Positions 1 to 12,152 of a stretch of 64,000 bases of DNA are shown here, in pieces (the first letter of the stretch is position 1; the number at the start of each line of letters is the position of its first letter). The position numbers and the translations under genes were made by a program. The stretch is from contig CAWKKR010000001.1 in the NCBI GenBank assembly GCA_963850305.1, positions 768,001-832,000 of the forward strand, read 5' to 3'. Source of the DNA: an uncultured delta proteobacterium (lineage in GTDB: Bacteria > Myxococcota_A > Polyangia > Polyangiales > Polyangiaceae). The notes beneath the pieces are model-generated. The model saw nothing but the letters and a program-made list of their open reading frames with translations. It did no database searches and was not told the DNA's origin.

Positions 1-1201
1 AGTCCCCGGGAAGGAGCTCGGCGGCGAGGGTGCCGTCCGATGCGATCGTGGCGCTCGAAGTGAAGGCAGCGAACACGCCGTCCGCGATCCCATCGAGGCT
101 CGTCGCCGTGAAGGTGGCGGTACCCACGACAGGAACGTCGTCACCGGTCGCGAACCCGGCAGCCCCGTACACGACGGCGGCCAGGGTCACCGGTGGGCGA
201 AGCACACCGAGGTCCGGCATGATCGCGCGCTTCGGCGAGAGCGCCTCTAGCCCGGATATCGCAAGCTGGAAGCTCGGCCCGAGCACGCCCTCCTTCGGGG
301 ACAGACGGAGGAGCTCCTGTCCGGGCTTCACGGTGTCGTCGGTGCCGATGGGCGAATACGGCACGACCGCCGTGTAACCGATGCCGCCCGAGGGGATCGG
401 AGCGGGTGCGCCGTGAAGCGCTTGAAGGCCTGAGAGGAGCTGGCCGGTGACCGGATGAACCACGCTCAGGGTCCAGCCATCGAGCGACGTGGCGCTCGCG
501 TTCCACGGAATGTCGACGTCGAGTTCCTTGGGCGGGTTCGACGGTAAGGACAGGCAACTGTCCCCGACTGGAACGGACCTCGAAAGGAACAGCTCCGGCA
601 CGAACTCGCAATGATCGTCCGCGCCCGCGTCGGCGACGCCCGTCGACACCGGGCGCACATAGACATCGTAGACGCCCGTCGGAACGCTGACGGAGAATTC
701 TTGGACGGCCGCGACCGTCAACGGAAATTGGCCGATGCAGGCGGTCGACACACTCCCGAGCAACGTCGTCGCCACGTAACTCACCGTCGGCAACCCGTAC
801 GCTTGTTCCTGCGGAGTGAGCGTCACGGTGGCGGGCAGCGTCGAGCCCGCCCCGGCGCACCCCTTGGACCCGCTGACGAAGCCGTGCACGGTCGAGACGC
901 CGGTCGCGGGCAAGTCAATCTCGAAATCCTCGTTGCTATGAACGACGTTCTCCGAAACCTGAAGAAAAGGAACGCCGCCCACTCCCGGCGCCGTCGTGGG
1001 CGGCGTGATCTCGAGCAGGAGGGTCGACAAGAGTCCTTGATACGCGACGCAAGTACCGGCCGAACACACTCCGCCGCTGCAGTCAGAGTCCGACGCGCAC
1101 GTGTTGCTGCTCACGCCGCCCTTGTCCTGTTTGACCAGGCTCACGGAGCACGCGAGCGGTATAAGGGCAACCATCGAAGCGCTCAGATAGCGAAACGTCA
1201 C
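1..1201 (-). CDS. Putative lipoprotein, partial (runs off the left edge); not in the ORF track
   Basis: GTG at 1201 overlaps the TGA of the upstream gene (GTGA). It reads MTFRYLSASMVALIPLACSVSLVKQDKGGVSSNTCASDSDCSGGVCSAGTC, a lipobox-like LAC followed by a Cys-rich motif. Confidence 0.7.
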   Translation of the reverse strand, partial: MTFRYLSASMVALIPLACSVSLVKQDKGGVSSNTCASDSDCSGGVCSAGTCVAYQGLLSTLLLEITPPTTAPGVGGVPFLQVSENVVHSNEDFEIDLPATGVSTVHGFVSGSKGCAGAGSTLPATVTLTPQEQAYGLPTVSYVATTLLGSVSTACIGQFPLTVAAVQEFSVSVPTGVYDVYVRPVSTGVADAGADDHCEFVPELFLSRSVPVGDSCLSLPSNPPKELDVDIPWNASATSLDGWTLSVVHPVTGQLLSGLQALHGAPAPIPSGGIGYTAVVPYSPIGTDDTVKPGQELLRLSPKEGVLGPSFQLAISGLEALSPKRAIMPDLGVLRPPVTLAAVVYGAAGFATGDDVPVVGTATFTATSLDGIADGVFAAFTSSATIASDGTLAAELLPGD

Positions 1202-1800
1202 GGTCCAACGCTTCCCGTGGGAAAGCAGGAGTGCGCCGCGCCGGTCGGACCGAGAAAGTCCAGGAACCAGGTGACTTGCGCGGCGTCGAGTGGGTCCCTG
1301 GTCTCGTAGGAGCGGACGAAGTTGTCATGAGGAGACAAGATCATCGTGATCGTGTGGCAACCCACGGGCCGATTGTCCGGTAGCTGCCAGGCCTCGGAGA
1401 CCTCGCGCCCCGTTTGCTCGGCGAACGGTCGTGGGTCCGAAGGCACGGCGTTGTCGTCGACGTCCGAAGTCGGCGATACGTCCTTCGTCGGATCTAGATC
1501 GATGACGAAGTACGCGTGAAGATCCTGTCCGCCGTCGTCCGCGCGAAACGGGACGTCGAAGTCGAAGGTGGAGGCAGTGGCCGGGACACTCGCAACGCCG
1601 GTGGTCGCGGGATCGATCTGCGACGTGATCAGCACTGGCGGGACGAGGGACGGCACGGAATAGTCGGGTGGGGCGTCCACGCAACCGTCGACAGGGAGCA
1701 TTCCCGCGACGACAAGCGAGCCCCATGCCAAACGCCGAACGTGCGCGAGAAGTCGCGTTCGTGTCCGCCGGAAGGCTGACATGCCTGTCACACCCGTCAT
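1198..1800 (-). CDS. Hypothetical lipoprotein
   Basis: Basic N-terminus, hydrophobic stretch and GC lipobox. It is packed between the giant TPR gene and the downstream lipoprotein gene. Confidence 0.7.
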   Translation of the reverse strand: MTGVTGMSAFRRTRTRLLAHVRRLAWGSLVVAGMLPVDGCVDAPPDYSVPSLVPPVLITSQIDPATTGVASVPATASTFDFDVPFRADDGGQDLHAYFVIDLDPTKDVSPTSDVDDNAVPSDPRPFAEQTGREVSEAWQLPDNRPVGCHTITMILSPHDNFVRSYETRDPLDAAQVTWFLDFLGPTGAAHSCFPTGSVGP

Positions 1801-1803
1801 CCC

Positions 1804-4800
1804 CTAGCCCGAGCTCCCGATGCGGCCGCCACCTCGCAGCTGGTTCCACCGAGCGTTCGCATATTCCTGACTGGTCGCGAGTCGCACGAGGTCCGCGACC
1901 GCGGGGCTCGCGCTGCAGAGGGCGGCCAATCCTCCCGGCGCGTCGAGGCCCCAGGTGGAAACGCCGAGGTCTGCGCAGGTCTCGCGAACGGCGACGGTGA
2001 GATCGCCCGAGACGAAGAGACCCGCACGGCGCACCGCTTGCCGCGCGGCGTTCCGCGCCTCGGAATAGTCGATACGCGACGGGTCGTCGCAGAGCTCCCG
2101 CAGGCGGCGCTGGGATCGGGACGGAACACTTTCCCAGAGCATTTCGGCCAACGTCGCGATCGATGCGAGCCCTGTGCTCGTCGCCCGCGGCGGTCCGAAT
2201 GCTGCGACCAGGGCGCGAAGAACGTTCTCCACCTGCGCCTCGGACGCACCGTAGAGGAGAACGTGTTCGGGCATCGTCGCTGCCAGCATGGCTCCGAGGT
2301 GATAGCCGAGCACGGAGCTCTCGGCCTTCACCTCCCCCGTGAGGAGCAATGCGGGTGGCGAGAGGAGCGCGACGTTGATCGTGATGGCCTCCCCGCTCCT
2401 CCGCTGGAAGAGCGGCGTGCGCGTCATGCCCAGCAATCGACACGCGGCGGCGAACTGGCGAGCGAGCGGCGACGGGGCGGTCGGCGCGACGCGCTCCAGT
2501 CCCGTCACGCCGTAGCTCGACGGATCGCGACGGAACATGTGCTGAGCGCCCGTCCACACGAGCCCGAGAGCCTCGGTCGCGGGAGCGGTTGCTTCCCGAA
2601 ACAGGAGCGAGTGCACGCGATCGGGTTGCTCGACTTGCTCCGTGAGCAAAGGCGGCTCGAGAGACGCAATGTTGGGGTCGAACGCGCGCAGGACGTGCTC
2701 CACACAGCGCGCGTACACGATACTGCGATCGGCGAGCGTCGAGGCGTAGAGTCGATCGAGCACGGAGCGATCGCCGGGAAGGAGATACGCCACTCGACGG
2801 CACACGTTGACGAGATCGTGCGTGCGATCGGTCCTATTTTCGAGCTGGAGTATGAGCTCGCGGCCCGCCTCGATCGACCCGCGCGACAGAGCGTTGACGA
2901 GCATCTCCTCGTTCACGCTCGCCGCGTTGAACGCCGAAAGGCGAGGCACCGAGGGCGGCCGGACGACGGACGCCGGCGGCTCTGCCGGCAGCACCGAACG
3001 CGGCGCAGAGTCCAGCAGGGGTAGAGGCAGCTCGGGCGGCGGCATCGGTGGCGCTGCCCGAGGCGATGACGGCGGAGGACCGGACAGCGGGGCCGTCGAT
3101 GTTCGTGCGCCAGGTTTCGGCGGCGCACTGGCGCGCAGACTCCCCGGGACATGCGAGGCGCGGCGAGACTCCGGCGTGTCGTCGACATTGGTGACGTCGC
3201 GACGAACGCGGAGCTCGATCGGCGGCTCGCTCTGCCGGCGCAGTTCGAGAACGGGCTCGGCCGAGACGTCCCGGGATGCGTTCGCGTCGGGTGCGGGCCC
3301 GCCGTCCGAGTCCGGGTGCACCGCCAGCGTCTCTTCGAACGCGGGCATGAGCGGAACGGGCGGTGCCGAAAGTGGACGCGAAGGAGCTGCCGATTCCTGG
3401 ACTCGCGCCGCGTCGCTCAACCGGCCGAGGGCGGTACGCAGAATCCGTCTGTGCAGCGAGCGCCCGCGCCCGTGTGTCCGGCATCGCTGCGGCGACTTCG
3501 AGGTATTCGAGAGCCCGTTCCGGCAGTTTTGCGCGCTCGGCAGCGGCTGCCGCGACCAGCGCGACCTCGCCGCGCCGGCGCAGCTCGCGCAGCTCCCCCT
3601 CGAGAGCGGCGTCGAACGACGGGAGCGACCGCGCCGGCTCGATTCCTCGCGCGAGCCGCTCGGCCATTCCGAGCGCGATGAGCGGGAGCGCACCGAGTTC
3701 CGCGTGCACGCGGGAAAGCTCGCGCATTCCCTCGCCGTCGCTCGCCGACACGTCGAGCGCCTCGGCCAGCAGGAAAGCCTGAAGCTCGCGCTGTGATGGG
3801 TCGAGCGCGTCCCGGATCGCCCGGAGCTCCGTGACGGTCAGCGCCGCCTCGTCCCGCGTTCCCGCCCCGCGTTTCCGGTATTCGAGCAGACGCGCGAAAA
3901 GCTGCGGCTCCGCGAGGTCCCGGGCAATTCGCGCCGCCCGTTGCGCTTGCCCGAGCGCAAGAGGCAGCTGACCGCCGACGAGTGCGGCGCGAGCCGCTTC
4001 GACCAGCAGACCCGCGCGGGACCGGGGGGATCCATCGAAGAAAGGGCCATCTCTTCGAGCGCCTCGGATAGCGCAAGCGGGTTCTCGCTGCGCCGCTCGA
4101 TGTCGACTCGCAGCGCGACGAGCCTGGGCGTTCGCGGGTACTCGCGCATTTCGCCGAAGAGCCGCCGCGCCATCTCGACGTCCCCGCCGTCCAGGTAGGC
4201 CTGGCACGCGCGCCGAGACAGTTCGCCCGCTTCCGGGCGATCCTTCGGCATCGCACTCGCCCGCAGCCAGAGCGGCGCAGCTCGGAGCTTCGCACCCAGC
4301 CGCTCGTTGAGATCGGCCAGTCGCGTGAGCACCTGGAGATGATCGCCCGTCCCGGCAAGCAGCGCCTCGAGCTCCGTCCTTGCATCCTCGGACCTCCCCA
4401 GACGCGTCTCCAGGATCTGCGCACGGTGAAGCCGCACCTGCCGCGCCTCGTCCGCGCTCTGCGGCAAATTCGCCCGCCGCGCGAGTAACTCGGCCAGGGC
4501 GTCCCAGTCCCCTCGACGTTCCGCGTCGCGTTCGAGGGCGCCGAGCGCGGCCGTGTCCCGCGGATCGAGCGAGAGGATGGTCCGAAAACGCGCGACGGCA
4601 CCGACGTCGTCACCTTCGGTGCTCAGCAGATCAGCCAGCTTTCGGAGGAGTGGCAACCGCTTCGCGACGTCGGTTTCGAGCTCGGAGAGGCGTGTCAGCG
4701 CTTCTATCTGACGACGCGGAGCGTCCGCGGCGACCGCCTGCGTGAAGAAGTCGGCTAGCAGATGTCGATCCGTCGGAGCCAGGGCCAGCAGTGCGTCGAA

Positions 4801-7800
4801 CACCTCGAACGCCTCGTCGTGTCGCCCGAGGTCGGCGAGCAGCGCAGCGAGTTCGCGTCCCTGTGCGATGCGCGAAGGCGCGGTCGCATCGACCGGAACT
4901 TCGCGAAGGAGCACCTCGAGCTCGTCCCAGCGTCTGGCCTGGCGATAAAGGTCGCGTAACCGACCGGCGAGCTCCAAGCGAATTTCATCCGAGAGCCGAT
5001 CGAGGCCCCATGCCTCCTCCAGCGCCGATATGGCGCGCGGCAAGTCGCCCTTTGCGGCAGCGGCCTCGGCTCGCTCCCGTAACGACGCCACTCGTCGTTC
5101 GAGGGGGACGACGGCGAGCACCTCGCGGAGTAACTCGGCGTCGCCGGATTCGCGCGCGGCGAGCTCTGCCCGCGAAACGATCTCCGCATCTTCGGGCTCG
5201 CGCCCCGCCGCTGCTGCCAGCAGGCGCGCGCGGAGAAGCCGATCGCCGAGCACACGCGAGAAGGCCTCCGCGAGCTCGATCAGCGCAGGCCCGAGGTTCG
5301 CATGGGGCGAACGGATGAGGCTCTCCACGTGCGCGACGAACCGGCGGATTTCCGCGGGCTCGACCGCGAGCGCGGCACCGAGGGCCACGCAGTTGCGATA
5401 CTCGTCGATGCTCGAATCCGTGTCCGTCGCACGCATGAGCGCGCCGAGCGCGACGCCCGTTGCCCCGAAAGTGGCGAGCGCCGTCTGCGCGGCCTCCACC
5501 GCGACGCGAGCCCCTTCCGGACCTTCGAGTCGCGGTAGCATCGCACGCAGCGCCCGCGTGAAACGCAGCTCGGCGATGTCCTTTTCTTCGGGAACCGCTT
5601 TCACCAGCTCGGTCAGCGCGACGCCGAGAGATCGAAGCGTTTCGGTGTGCGGATTCGCATCCAGCGCGCGAAGCAGGACCTCGACCCGCTGCCGCTTTCC
5701 CTCGTCGCCAGAACCCGCGACGAGCGCGGCGCGACGAAGCCACGCCGCGCGCTCTTCCGCGTTCTTGGCGTGCGATGCGACGCGTTCGATGGCCTGCACC
5801 GCCTCGGTCGAGTCCCCCGCGCGCTCGGCCAAGCGCATCATGAGCACGAACGTGACCCCCTCGGCGGGGACGGCCTCGAACGCGAGGATCGCATGCCTCA
5901 GCCCCCGCTCGCGAAATCCCCGCCGCTCGAGCTGCCGCGCGGCGCGATAGTGCGCGGCACGCTCGCCGTAGAGTCCGAGAGCGCCCCGTGCGACGATGTC
6001 GTAAGCTCGCTCGAGCGCTTCGATGTCCCTGTCGGTTGCAGCGCGTTCCGCGATACCGAGCACGTCGGCCCGCGACGAGTCGGCCTCGAGCGCGCGAATG
6101 GCGAGCGCCAGAGCCATCGCGTCGAGTGAGCCGTCCAGCGCGACGCAGGCGGCTGCCGCGAGGGCCCTGGCGACGTCCGCGCGGTTTCGTCGACGTGCCG
6201 CGATGTCATCGAGCCGTCGAGCAGCTTCCTCGTGGCCAGAGAACGCGACGAGGTCCCGTGCAAATTTCTCGAGGCCATTCTCGCGATCCAGCGCCGCTCC
6301 GCGCTCCCACGCCGCGATGGCGCCGTCGCGGTCGTCGGCCAGATCCCACCGGGCTGCGCCGAGGTCACGCCACGCGTTCGCCGTTCCTTCGAGCTCCGCG
6401 GACGACAGCCCGCTCAAGACCTCGGCGCGACATTCGAGGAGCGATATCTCGCCATCCGAACTTTGCGCCGGCAGAGCGACATCGAGCTCGGAGAGAACGG
6501 CGCTCGGGTCCGCGCCTTCCGCGAGAGCTCGCACGAGAGTGCGCGCAGCGCCGTCCGCGTCCCCCGCGTGACGAAGACGTCGCGACAGGTCGAGAAGCAT
6601 TTCTGCTCGATCGCTCCCCGGTGTCCCGGATGCGAGCTGACGTTCCAGCACGGCGATCGAAAGCCCGCGCTCGCCTACCGAGTCCGCAGCCGCCAGCACG
6701 GCGTCCCGAAGCTCGCGGACGCGGGGGCCAAAAACGTCCAGCGCGCGACGAGCCAGCGCCGCACCACGAACTGGATCGAGCTCGGCGAGGCGGCAAACCG
6801 CACGGCTCACGAGGGGCACCAGATCGGAGAGCGGCTGCGGTTGCGCCAGGAGCCAGGACAGAGAGTCGCCGAGTCTCGACGCGTCCCCGGCTGCGGTCAC
6901 GCGCTCGAGCAACGCTGCACCCACCGTCCGGTCTCCGGGGCGGAGCGCGAGCGCCTGCTGAGTCCACGCGAGGGCTCGGCCGGGCTCTCCGAGCACATCG
7001 AAGGTTTCCGCGAGCGCCCGACACCAGAATCCCCTCGGCACGACGACCCCGACGGCGCGTTCGAGCGCGAAGGCCGCGACGCGATCCCGCTGGCCCAGGG
7101 TTGCACGCGCCAGGGCCGCGATCGACCGAGGGGAAGAGCTATCGGCGTGGCACGCCTGTTCGGCGGCGCGACGGGCATTCGACTCATCGCCAGCGGCGAT
7201 GAAGAGGTCGGCAGCGATGCTCGACAGCAAAGCGGCCAGGTGCGGTTCGAACCACTGAGCGATCCGGCGGAGCGCATCGGCACGGAGGCCCGCCCGTCCG
7301 GCGGACGTGGCGAGAGCAAAGAGCATTGCCAGGCCCGCCCGGTGCGACCCTGGATCCTCGAGAAGCGGCTCCAGCGCTTCGAGCGCCGCCGGCACGTCTC
7401 CGCGCGAGCGAGCGAGCGTCGACAAACCCAGACGCGCTCGTTCTCTTTGCGCTCGGGAACTCGATCGTGTCAGGTCGTCGCGCCAGAGTCTGTCGAGCGA
7501 ATCCGAGCGCCCCTGACGAGCGAGCGCCCGTTCGAGCGATTGTCGAAGCGAGCGCTCTTCCGGCACCTCGCCGATCAATTCCTGGAGAATGGCGATGTAT
7601 TCCTCGACCTCGTCGGGACGTCCCCGGAGCGCACCTGCGGCGAGTCGCAGGAGATCGAGGCGCGCCGGGCCCGTCTCGTTCCGCAGCTGAATGCGAGTCG
7701 TGGCGAGCGCCTCGTCGTCCCGACGAACGCGCTGCGACAGACGACTGCCGATGGCTCGCAACTCTTCGTCGCGGCCGTCATCGACGAGCAACTTCCGGAC

Positions 7801-9195
7801 GGCCCAGAGCGCGAGCGACGGCTCGGAAAGACGTTGATCCGCGAGCACGACCAGTTCTCGAAGGCACGAGGTACGTGCAACGCTCGCGGCGCCATCCTCG
7901 ACGCTGCCGGCGCGGAGCAGCGCCTCGACGAGCGGCATGGGATCGCCCGTGCCCGCGGCGTGCTCGCGCAGAAGCGACTTCGCGTCCTCGTTCGACGGCT
8001 GCGCGACCAGCGCGTCAATCCATGCTTCGACCGCGCGCTCGGTACTGCCCAACGAACCCGCGCAGACGCGGCCCAGCGCCAGACGAGCGCGAGCGCGCTC
8101 CGCGCCCGATAACGCTTCTGCAGAGAGTTCGAGACGCGCCGCGATGACCTCGTGAATCCCCAGATCTGCGAGCAAGCGGTCGAATGTGACGAGATCGGCA
8201 CCCGAGTCCTCGGGTTCCGCCGAACGCACGACGGAGCTGGGGTCGAAGCCGCGATCGAGACCAGCATCGAACAGCGCACCGAGCGCGCGCGCCGAATCGC
8301 CGTCGACAATGGCATCACGAAGCCGCGCGCGGTGTATCGCGATCCCCTTGTCGCCACACGCCCGCGCGTGCTCCCGCAGGATCTCGTCGGCCGCGCCCGT
8401 TCTTCCGCGGAGCGCGAGGTCACCGGCGAGCCGCTGCGCCGCAGGGCCGAAGGCCGGGGCCATCTCGAAAGCACGGAGCATGTCTTCGAACGCGGCAGCC
8501 TTGTCGGCTTGGTTCTCGCGCCGGCGCGCGGCTTCCAGATATGCGGCGGCGGCTTCGTCGGCAGGAACCGCGTCCGGGGCCCACGCGCCGATCGCGCCGA
8601 GGAGTTCTTCCGCGACCGGATCATCCGGCCACTCTCGCGCCGCACTCGCAAGGGCCTCCGCCGCAGCGCGCGCTTCACCGTGCCGCCCCAGAAAGACCGC
8701 GACACGAACGAGAAGCCGCCCTAACCGTTCACCCGACTCGACCTCGACAAGAGGGCGCAGCGTGGCGGCGGCAAGCCCGGGCTCGCCGAGCGCGGCAAAC
8801 CAGGACGCGAGCTCTTCGCGAAGCACCGGATCTTCGCCCAGCATGAGCGACCGCCGACCAAGCTTCGTCGCCGTATCGAGCTCGGTGCCTCTGGCGGCGA
8901 GCGTGCGAGCGAGCGCCGCCGTGGCAAGCCGTTCGCCCTCCGCCTCCCCGGTTTGCGCAGTCTCGAGCTTGGCTCGGAGGGACGCGATCTCGGCCCGCGC
9001 TCCGCGTCGGCGCGCGACCGGCGCGTGTCGCGAGAGCCACTCGAGTGCAATGCCGGACACGGAGCGCGGCGCAGACCACTGCGGCGGGGGCAAGGTCCGA
9101 CGGCGCGGGGGCATCCCCTCGACCCGCTGCTCCCGCAGGGCATCTTCTTCGAGTGCTCCCTGCCCCTTCAAATCGGGCTCCTGTGGCAGTGTCAT
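1804..9195 (-). CDS. Giant TPR-repeat protein (~2460 aa if repaired), split by two frameshifts near 4025 and 3445
   Basis: ORFs 3838..9195, 2834..4207 and 1804..3693 carry consecutive Ala/Leu/Arg-rich TPR-like helical repeats. A Pro-rich linker precedes the C-terminal globular domain. The first shift lies at a G run. Confidence 0.75.
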
Positions 9196-9325
9196 GCGGG
9201 GAGTCCACTCCGCTCCGGGGAAATCCGGGGCGCCCTGTCACTATATCGAAGCCGGGGCTTGTCGCGCCGTGCCTTGACGTTCTAGCCTGAAGTACTTCCC
9301 CGACATCGAAGACGGAGATTCGACG

Positions 9326-10405
9326 ATGCGAACGCATTCCATTATCGCCCACTTTCCCGGATTCGGGGGGGCCGTTCTCGGTCTCACCCTCGCCACGACC
9401 AGCCTGCTCGCGACTCCTGTACACGCCGCACCCAGGAAGGCCAAGGCCGCGGCCAGCGCGGGTGGCCCGGATGCAGCCAAAAAGAAGGAGGCGCGCGACG
9501 CGTACGGCGCGGGAGAGAAAGCCTACGCCGCCGGCGATTACACGACGGCCTACGACGATTTCAAGAAGGCCCATGACCTCATACCGACAATCCATGCCGA
9601 GTATTGGATGGCGATGAGTCAGTCTCAGGGGACCGACATTCCGACGGCTTACGATGCTCTGGCGGCAGTCGTCGCGTCCCCGGACGCCTCGAAGCTCGGC
9701 GACGAGAAACTGGCGGCGGCTACGGCGCGGCTCGCCGAAGTGAAGAAAATTCCTGCCACGGTGGCGGTAACGTCGCTCCCTTCGGGCGCAGAGCTCTCCG
9801 TGGACGGTGCAGCCCAGCCGGGAACCACGCCCCAGACATTGAGCTTGACCGCCGGCAGTCATCGGCTCGGGGTCGCTCTCGCTGGGTATGAAGCGTACGC
9901 CACTGATTTGACACTGAAACCCGGGCAAAAACTCAATCAGCAGGTCGAGCTCAAAGCCTCCGCTCCGCCGCCGGCAGCAGCAGCCGCGGTGGCCCCACCG
10001 CCACCACCCGCAGAAACCGCGCCCGCACCCCCTGCAGCACCCCCTCCGGCTCCCGAGGCACACAGCAAGGTCCCCGCTTACATAACACTCGGGGTCGGCG
10101 TCGTCGGTGCCGGCGTGGGAACGATCTTCGGAATCTCGGCGCTGAGCGCCAAGAGTGATTTCAACAAGAACCCGACGAACAGCGGCGCGGACAAGGCGGA
10201 GCGTGATGCGCTCATCGCAGACATGGGATGGGCCGTGGCCATCACACTCGGTGTCACGGGGATCGTCCTCTTGACGACGAGTGACTCGTCATCGGAAGTC
10301 TCGGCGCAGAACGGCCTCGTGCACCAGCACGTGCGCGCACGCCTCGACTTCGCGCCGGTGGTCACAGCCAGGGTGCAGGGAGCCGCTGCAAGGTTGACGT
10401 TCTGA
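9326..10405 (+). CDS. TPR + PEGA domain secreted protein
   Basis: Signal peptide, one TPR-like pair, a PEGA motif (VTSLPSGAELSVDG...GSHRL...GY), a Pro linker and C-terminal hydrophobic segments. Confidence 0.85.
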   Translation: MRTHSIIAHFPGFGGAVLGLTLATTSLLATPVHAAPRKAKAAASAGGPDAAKKKEARDAYGAGEKAYAAGDYTTAYDDFKKAHDLIPTIHAEYWMAMSQSQGTDIPTAYDALAAVVASPDASKLGDEKLAAATARLAEVKKIPATVAVTSLPSGAELSVDGAAQPGTTPQTLSLTAGSHRLGVALAGYEAYATDLTLKPGQKLNQQVELKASAPPPAAAAAVAPPPPPAETAPAPPAAPPPAPEAHSKVPAYITLGVGVVGAGVGTIFGISALSAKSDFNKNPTNSGADKAERDALIADMGWAVAITLGVTGIVLLTTSDSSSEVSAQNGLVHQHVRARLDFAPVVTARVQGAAARLTF

Positions 10406-10522
10406 GCGCAGCCTCGAGCTTCGCTCGGGAACACGCCAGGTAAGCCGCGGACCCCCTCTCTGCCACGCTGGCCTCGCGGCTGGACCGCGGGATACGCTCG
10501 TCGCGAGAAGGGGGAGGGTCTA

Positions 10523-12133
10523 GTGATGGGCACGCGGGTCAGACGGTGGGCGGCGCTCGTTCGGTCGGCCGAGGGAGCCGCACTTGCGATCACGCTCATC
10601 GCGCTCGCGCTCCGGCTGATCCGAATTGGGCCCGTGTGGGGTAGCTCCGACGCCGCCGATCTTCCACGGCAGGTAAGCCACCTGGTGTGTCGACCCGGCG
10701 GATTCTTCCACGCGATTCGCGAGGCCGCGCTTTACCGGTTGGGCGGCGTGGAGCCTCTTCTTCTCTTTCTTCAGATGAGCGCGATGCACGCGCTCCATCT
10801 CCGAGTGACCGAGCTCGGCTGGACGCTTCTCGACCTCCTCGCCGGGACCGGAGCTGTCTACCTGGCCTTCCTGCTCGTGCGCGAGTTCGGCGGAGTCGGA
10901 GCGGGGATCGCCGCAGCTTGCCTTTTCGCGGTGTGCCCGACTCACGTCATGGAAAGCCGGCACCTGGCGGCGCCCTGGATGTACGAGCAAAGTCTGCAGC
11001 TGTTTCTCGTCTACTCGCTCGTCCGGCTGGCGAACGCCCCCACTCGCGCGCTGAGGGTCGCGTTTCACGTCGCGCTCGCGACGTACTTCTGGGCGGGCAA
11101 CCAGATGCTCGGCATTCTACCGGTGCTCGCGTACGGCTTCGTCGCAGCCGCCGTCGAGCGCGACCGCAGCGAGAAGGCGGTGCGATTCCTTTCCCGTCGC
11201 TACGGCGGACCGTCTGCTCTCTTCCCCGCCATCTCGGCACTGGTTCTGCTCTACGCGACGTTCGTGCTCCACGAGGGGCATCTGGCCCACGCGTTGTTCG
11301 ACAAGCGGCACCGTGTCGGCTTTTACTTCGATCACTGGCTCGGCGACGTGTCCTCGGACATCGGCCCGGCGGTGACCTGGTTCGGTCTCGCATCGGTGCT
11401 CGTGGCGTCGGCGATTGCACGTCGGCTCTTCACGAAGGAGCGGCTCCTCGTGGTCCTGTTCGTCTGTTACGCGGGCCCGTTCTGGTCCTTCGTGCCACCG
11501 GGTAGCACGTTGACCCGCGGCTACGTCGTCTACGGCATCGGAGCGCTGTTGCTGGTGCTTGCGTCGTCACCGTGGGCGAGCGAGTCGCGGTCATGGGCGC
11601 GGTACGCGCTGCCGGGGTTCTCGGCCCTCGTCCTCCTCGCAGGCACGGGACAAGCCGTGTACGAGCTCTATTCGCTACCGATCCTCTCGGCCAAGGGTTT
11701 CCAGGGTAGCTATTCGCCAGACAATGGCGTGAAAGCCGCGGCGCTCTGGATCCGGAATCGGCCGCCGTCGAAAGGCTTCGTTTTCTCCGACGCCGCCGGA
11801 GGCGGAGGACTCGAGCCCCCACTGGTCGAGCTGTATTTTCAGCGACCGTACCTCGCGATGTACGACGCGGTCCCGGCAAATCGCCCCTACGTGCACTTCA
11901 AGTCGCGCGCCGCCGACATCGATTATCTCCTCGTTCTGCCGCAAAATCGTCCCCTCGTGCACCGATACTTCCGCGACGAGTTCGTCCCGGCCGTTCGCAT
12001 CACCGACGGGATGTTCGGCGAACGTTTACTCGTCTATGCGCGCAAGGGAACCGTCGGCGCGATGACGACGCTCGACGTCGCCGGCGCCGATCCGGCCTTC
12101 GACGCGAAATACTCGCTGCTCTGCGGGACCTGA
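10523..12133 (+). CDS. Polytopic membrane protein, GT-C (ArnT/PMT-like) glycosyltransferase-like
   Basis: Many TM helices, an early SSD loop motif, an A-x-x-P-x-H-V-x-x-S-R motif and a C-terminal soluble domain. Confidence 0.6.
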   Translation: MMGTRVRRWAALVRSAEGAALAITLIALALRLIRIGPVWGSSDAADLPRQVSHLVCRPGGFFHAIREAALYRLGGVEPLLLFLQMSAMHALHLRVTELGWTLLDLLAGTGAVYLAFLLVREFGGVGAGIAAACLFAVCPTHVMESRHLAAPWMYEQSLQLFLVYSLVRLANAPTRALRVAFHVALATYFWAGNQMLGILPVLAYGFVAAAVERDRSEKAVRFLSRRYGGPSALFPAISALVLLYATFVLHEGHLAHALFDKRHRVGFYFDHWLGDVSSDIGPAVTWFGLASVLVASAIARRLFTKERLLVVLFVCYAGPFWSFVPPGSTLTRGYVVYGIGALLLVLASSPWASESRSWARYALPGFSALVLLAGTGQAVYELYSLPILSAKGFQGSYSPDNGVKAAALWIRNRPPSKGFVFSDAAGGGGLEPPLVELYFQRPYLAMYDAVPANRPYVHFKSRAADIDYLLVLPQNRPLVHRYFRDEFVPAVRITDGMFGERLLVYARKGTVGAMTTLDVAGADPAFDAKYSLLCGT

Positions 12134-12152
12134 CGGACCCGGCGCGCCGGCG

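Noticed and set aside
4015..4035. Programmed frameshift or phase variation at the G run in the giant TPR gene
   Set aside because: Similar single-base indels hit unrelated housekeeping genes such as rfbA, so sequencing error is the simpler explanation.
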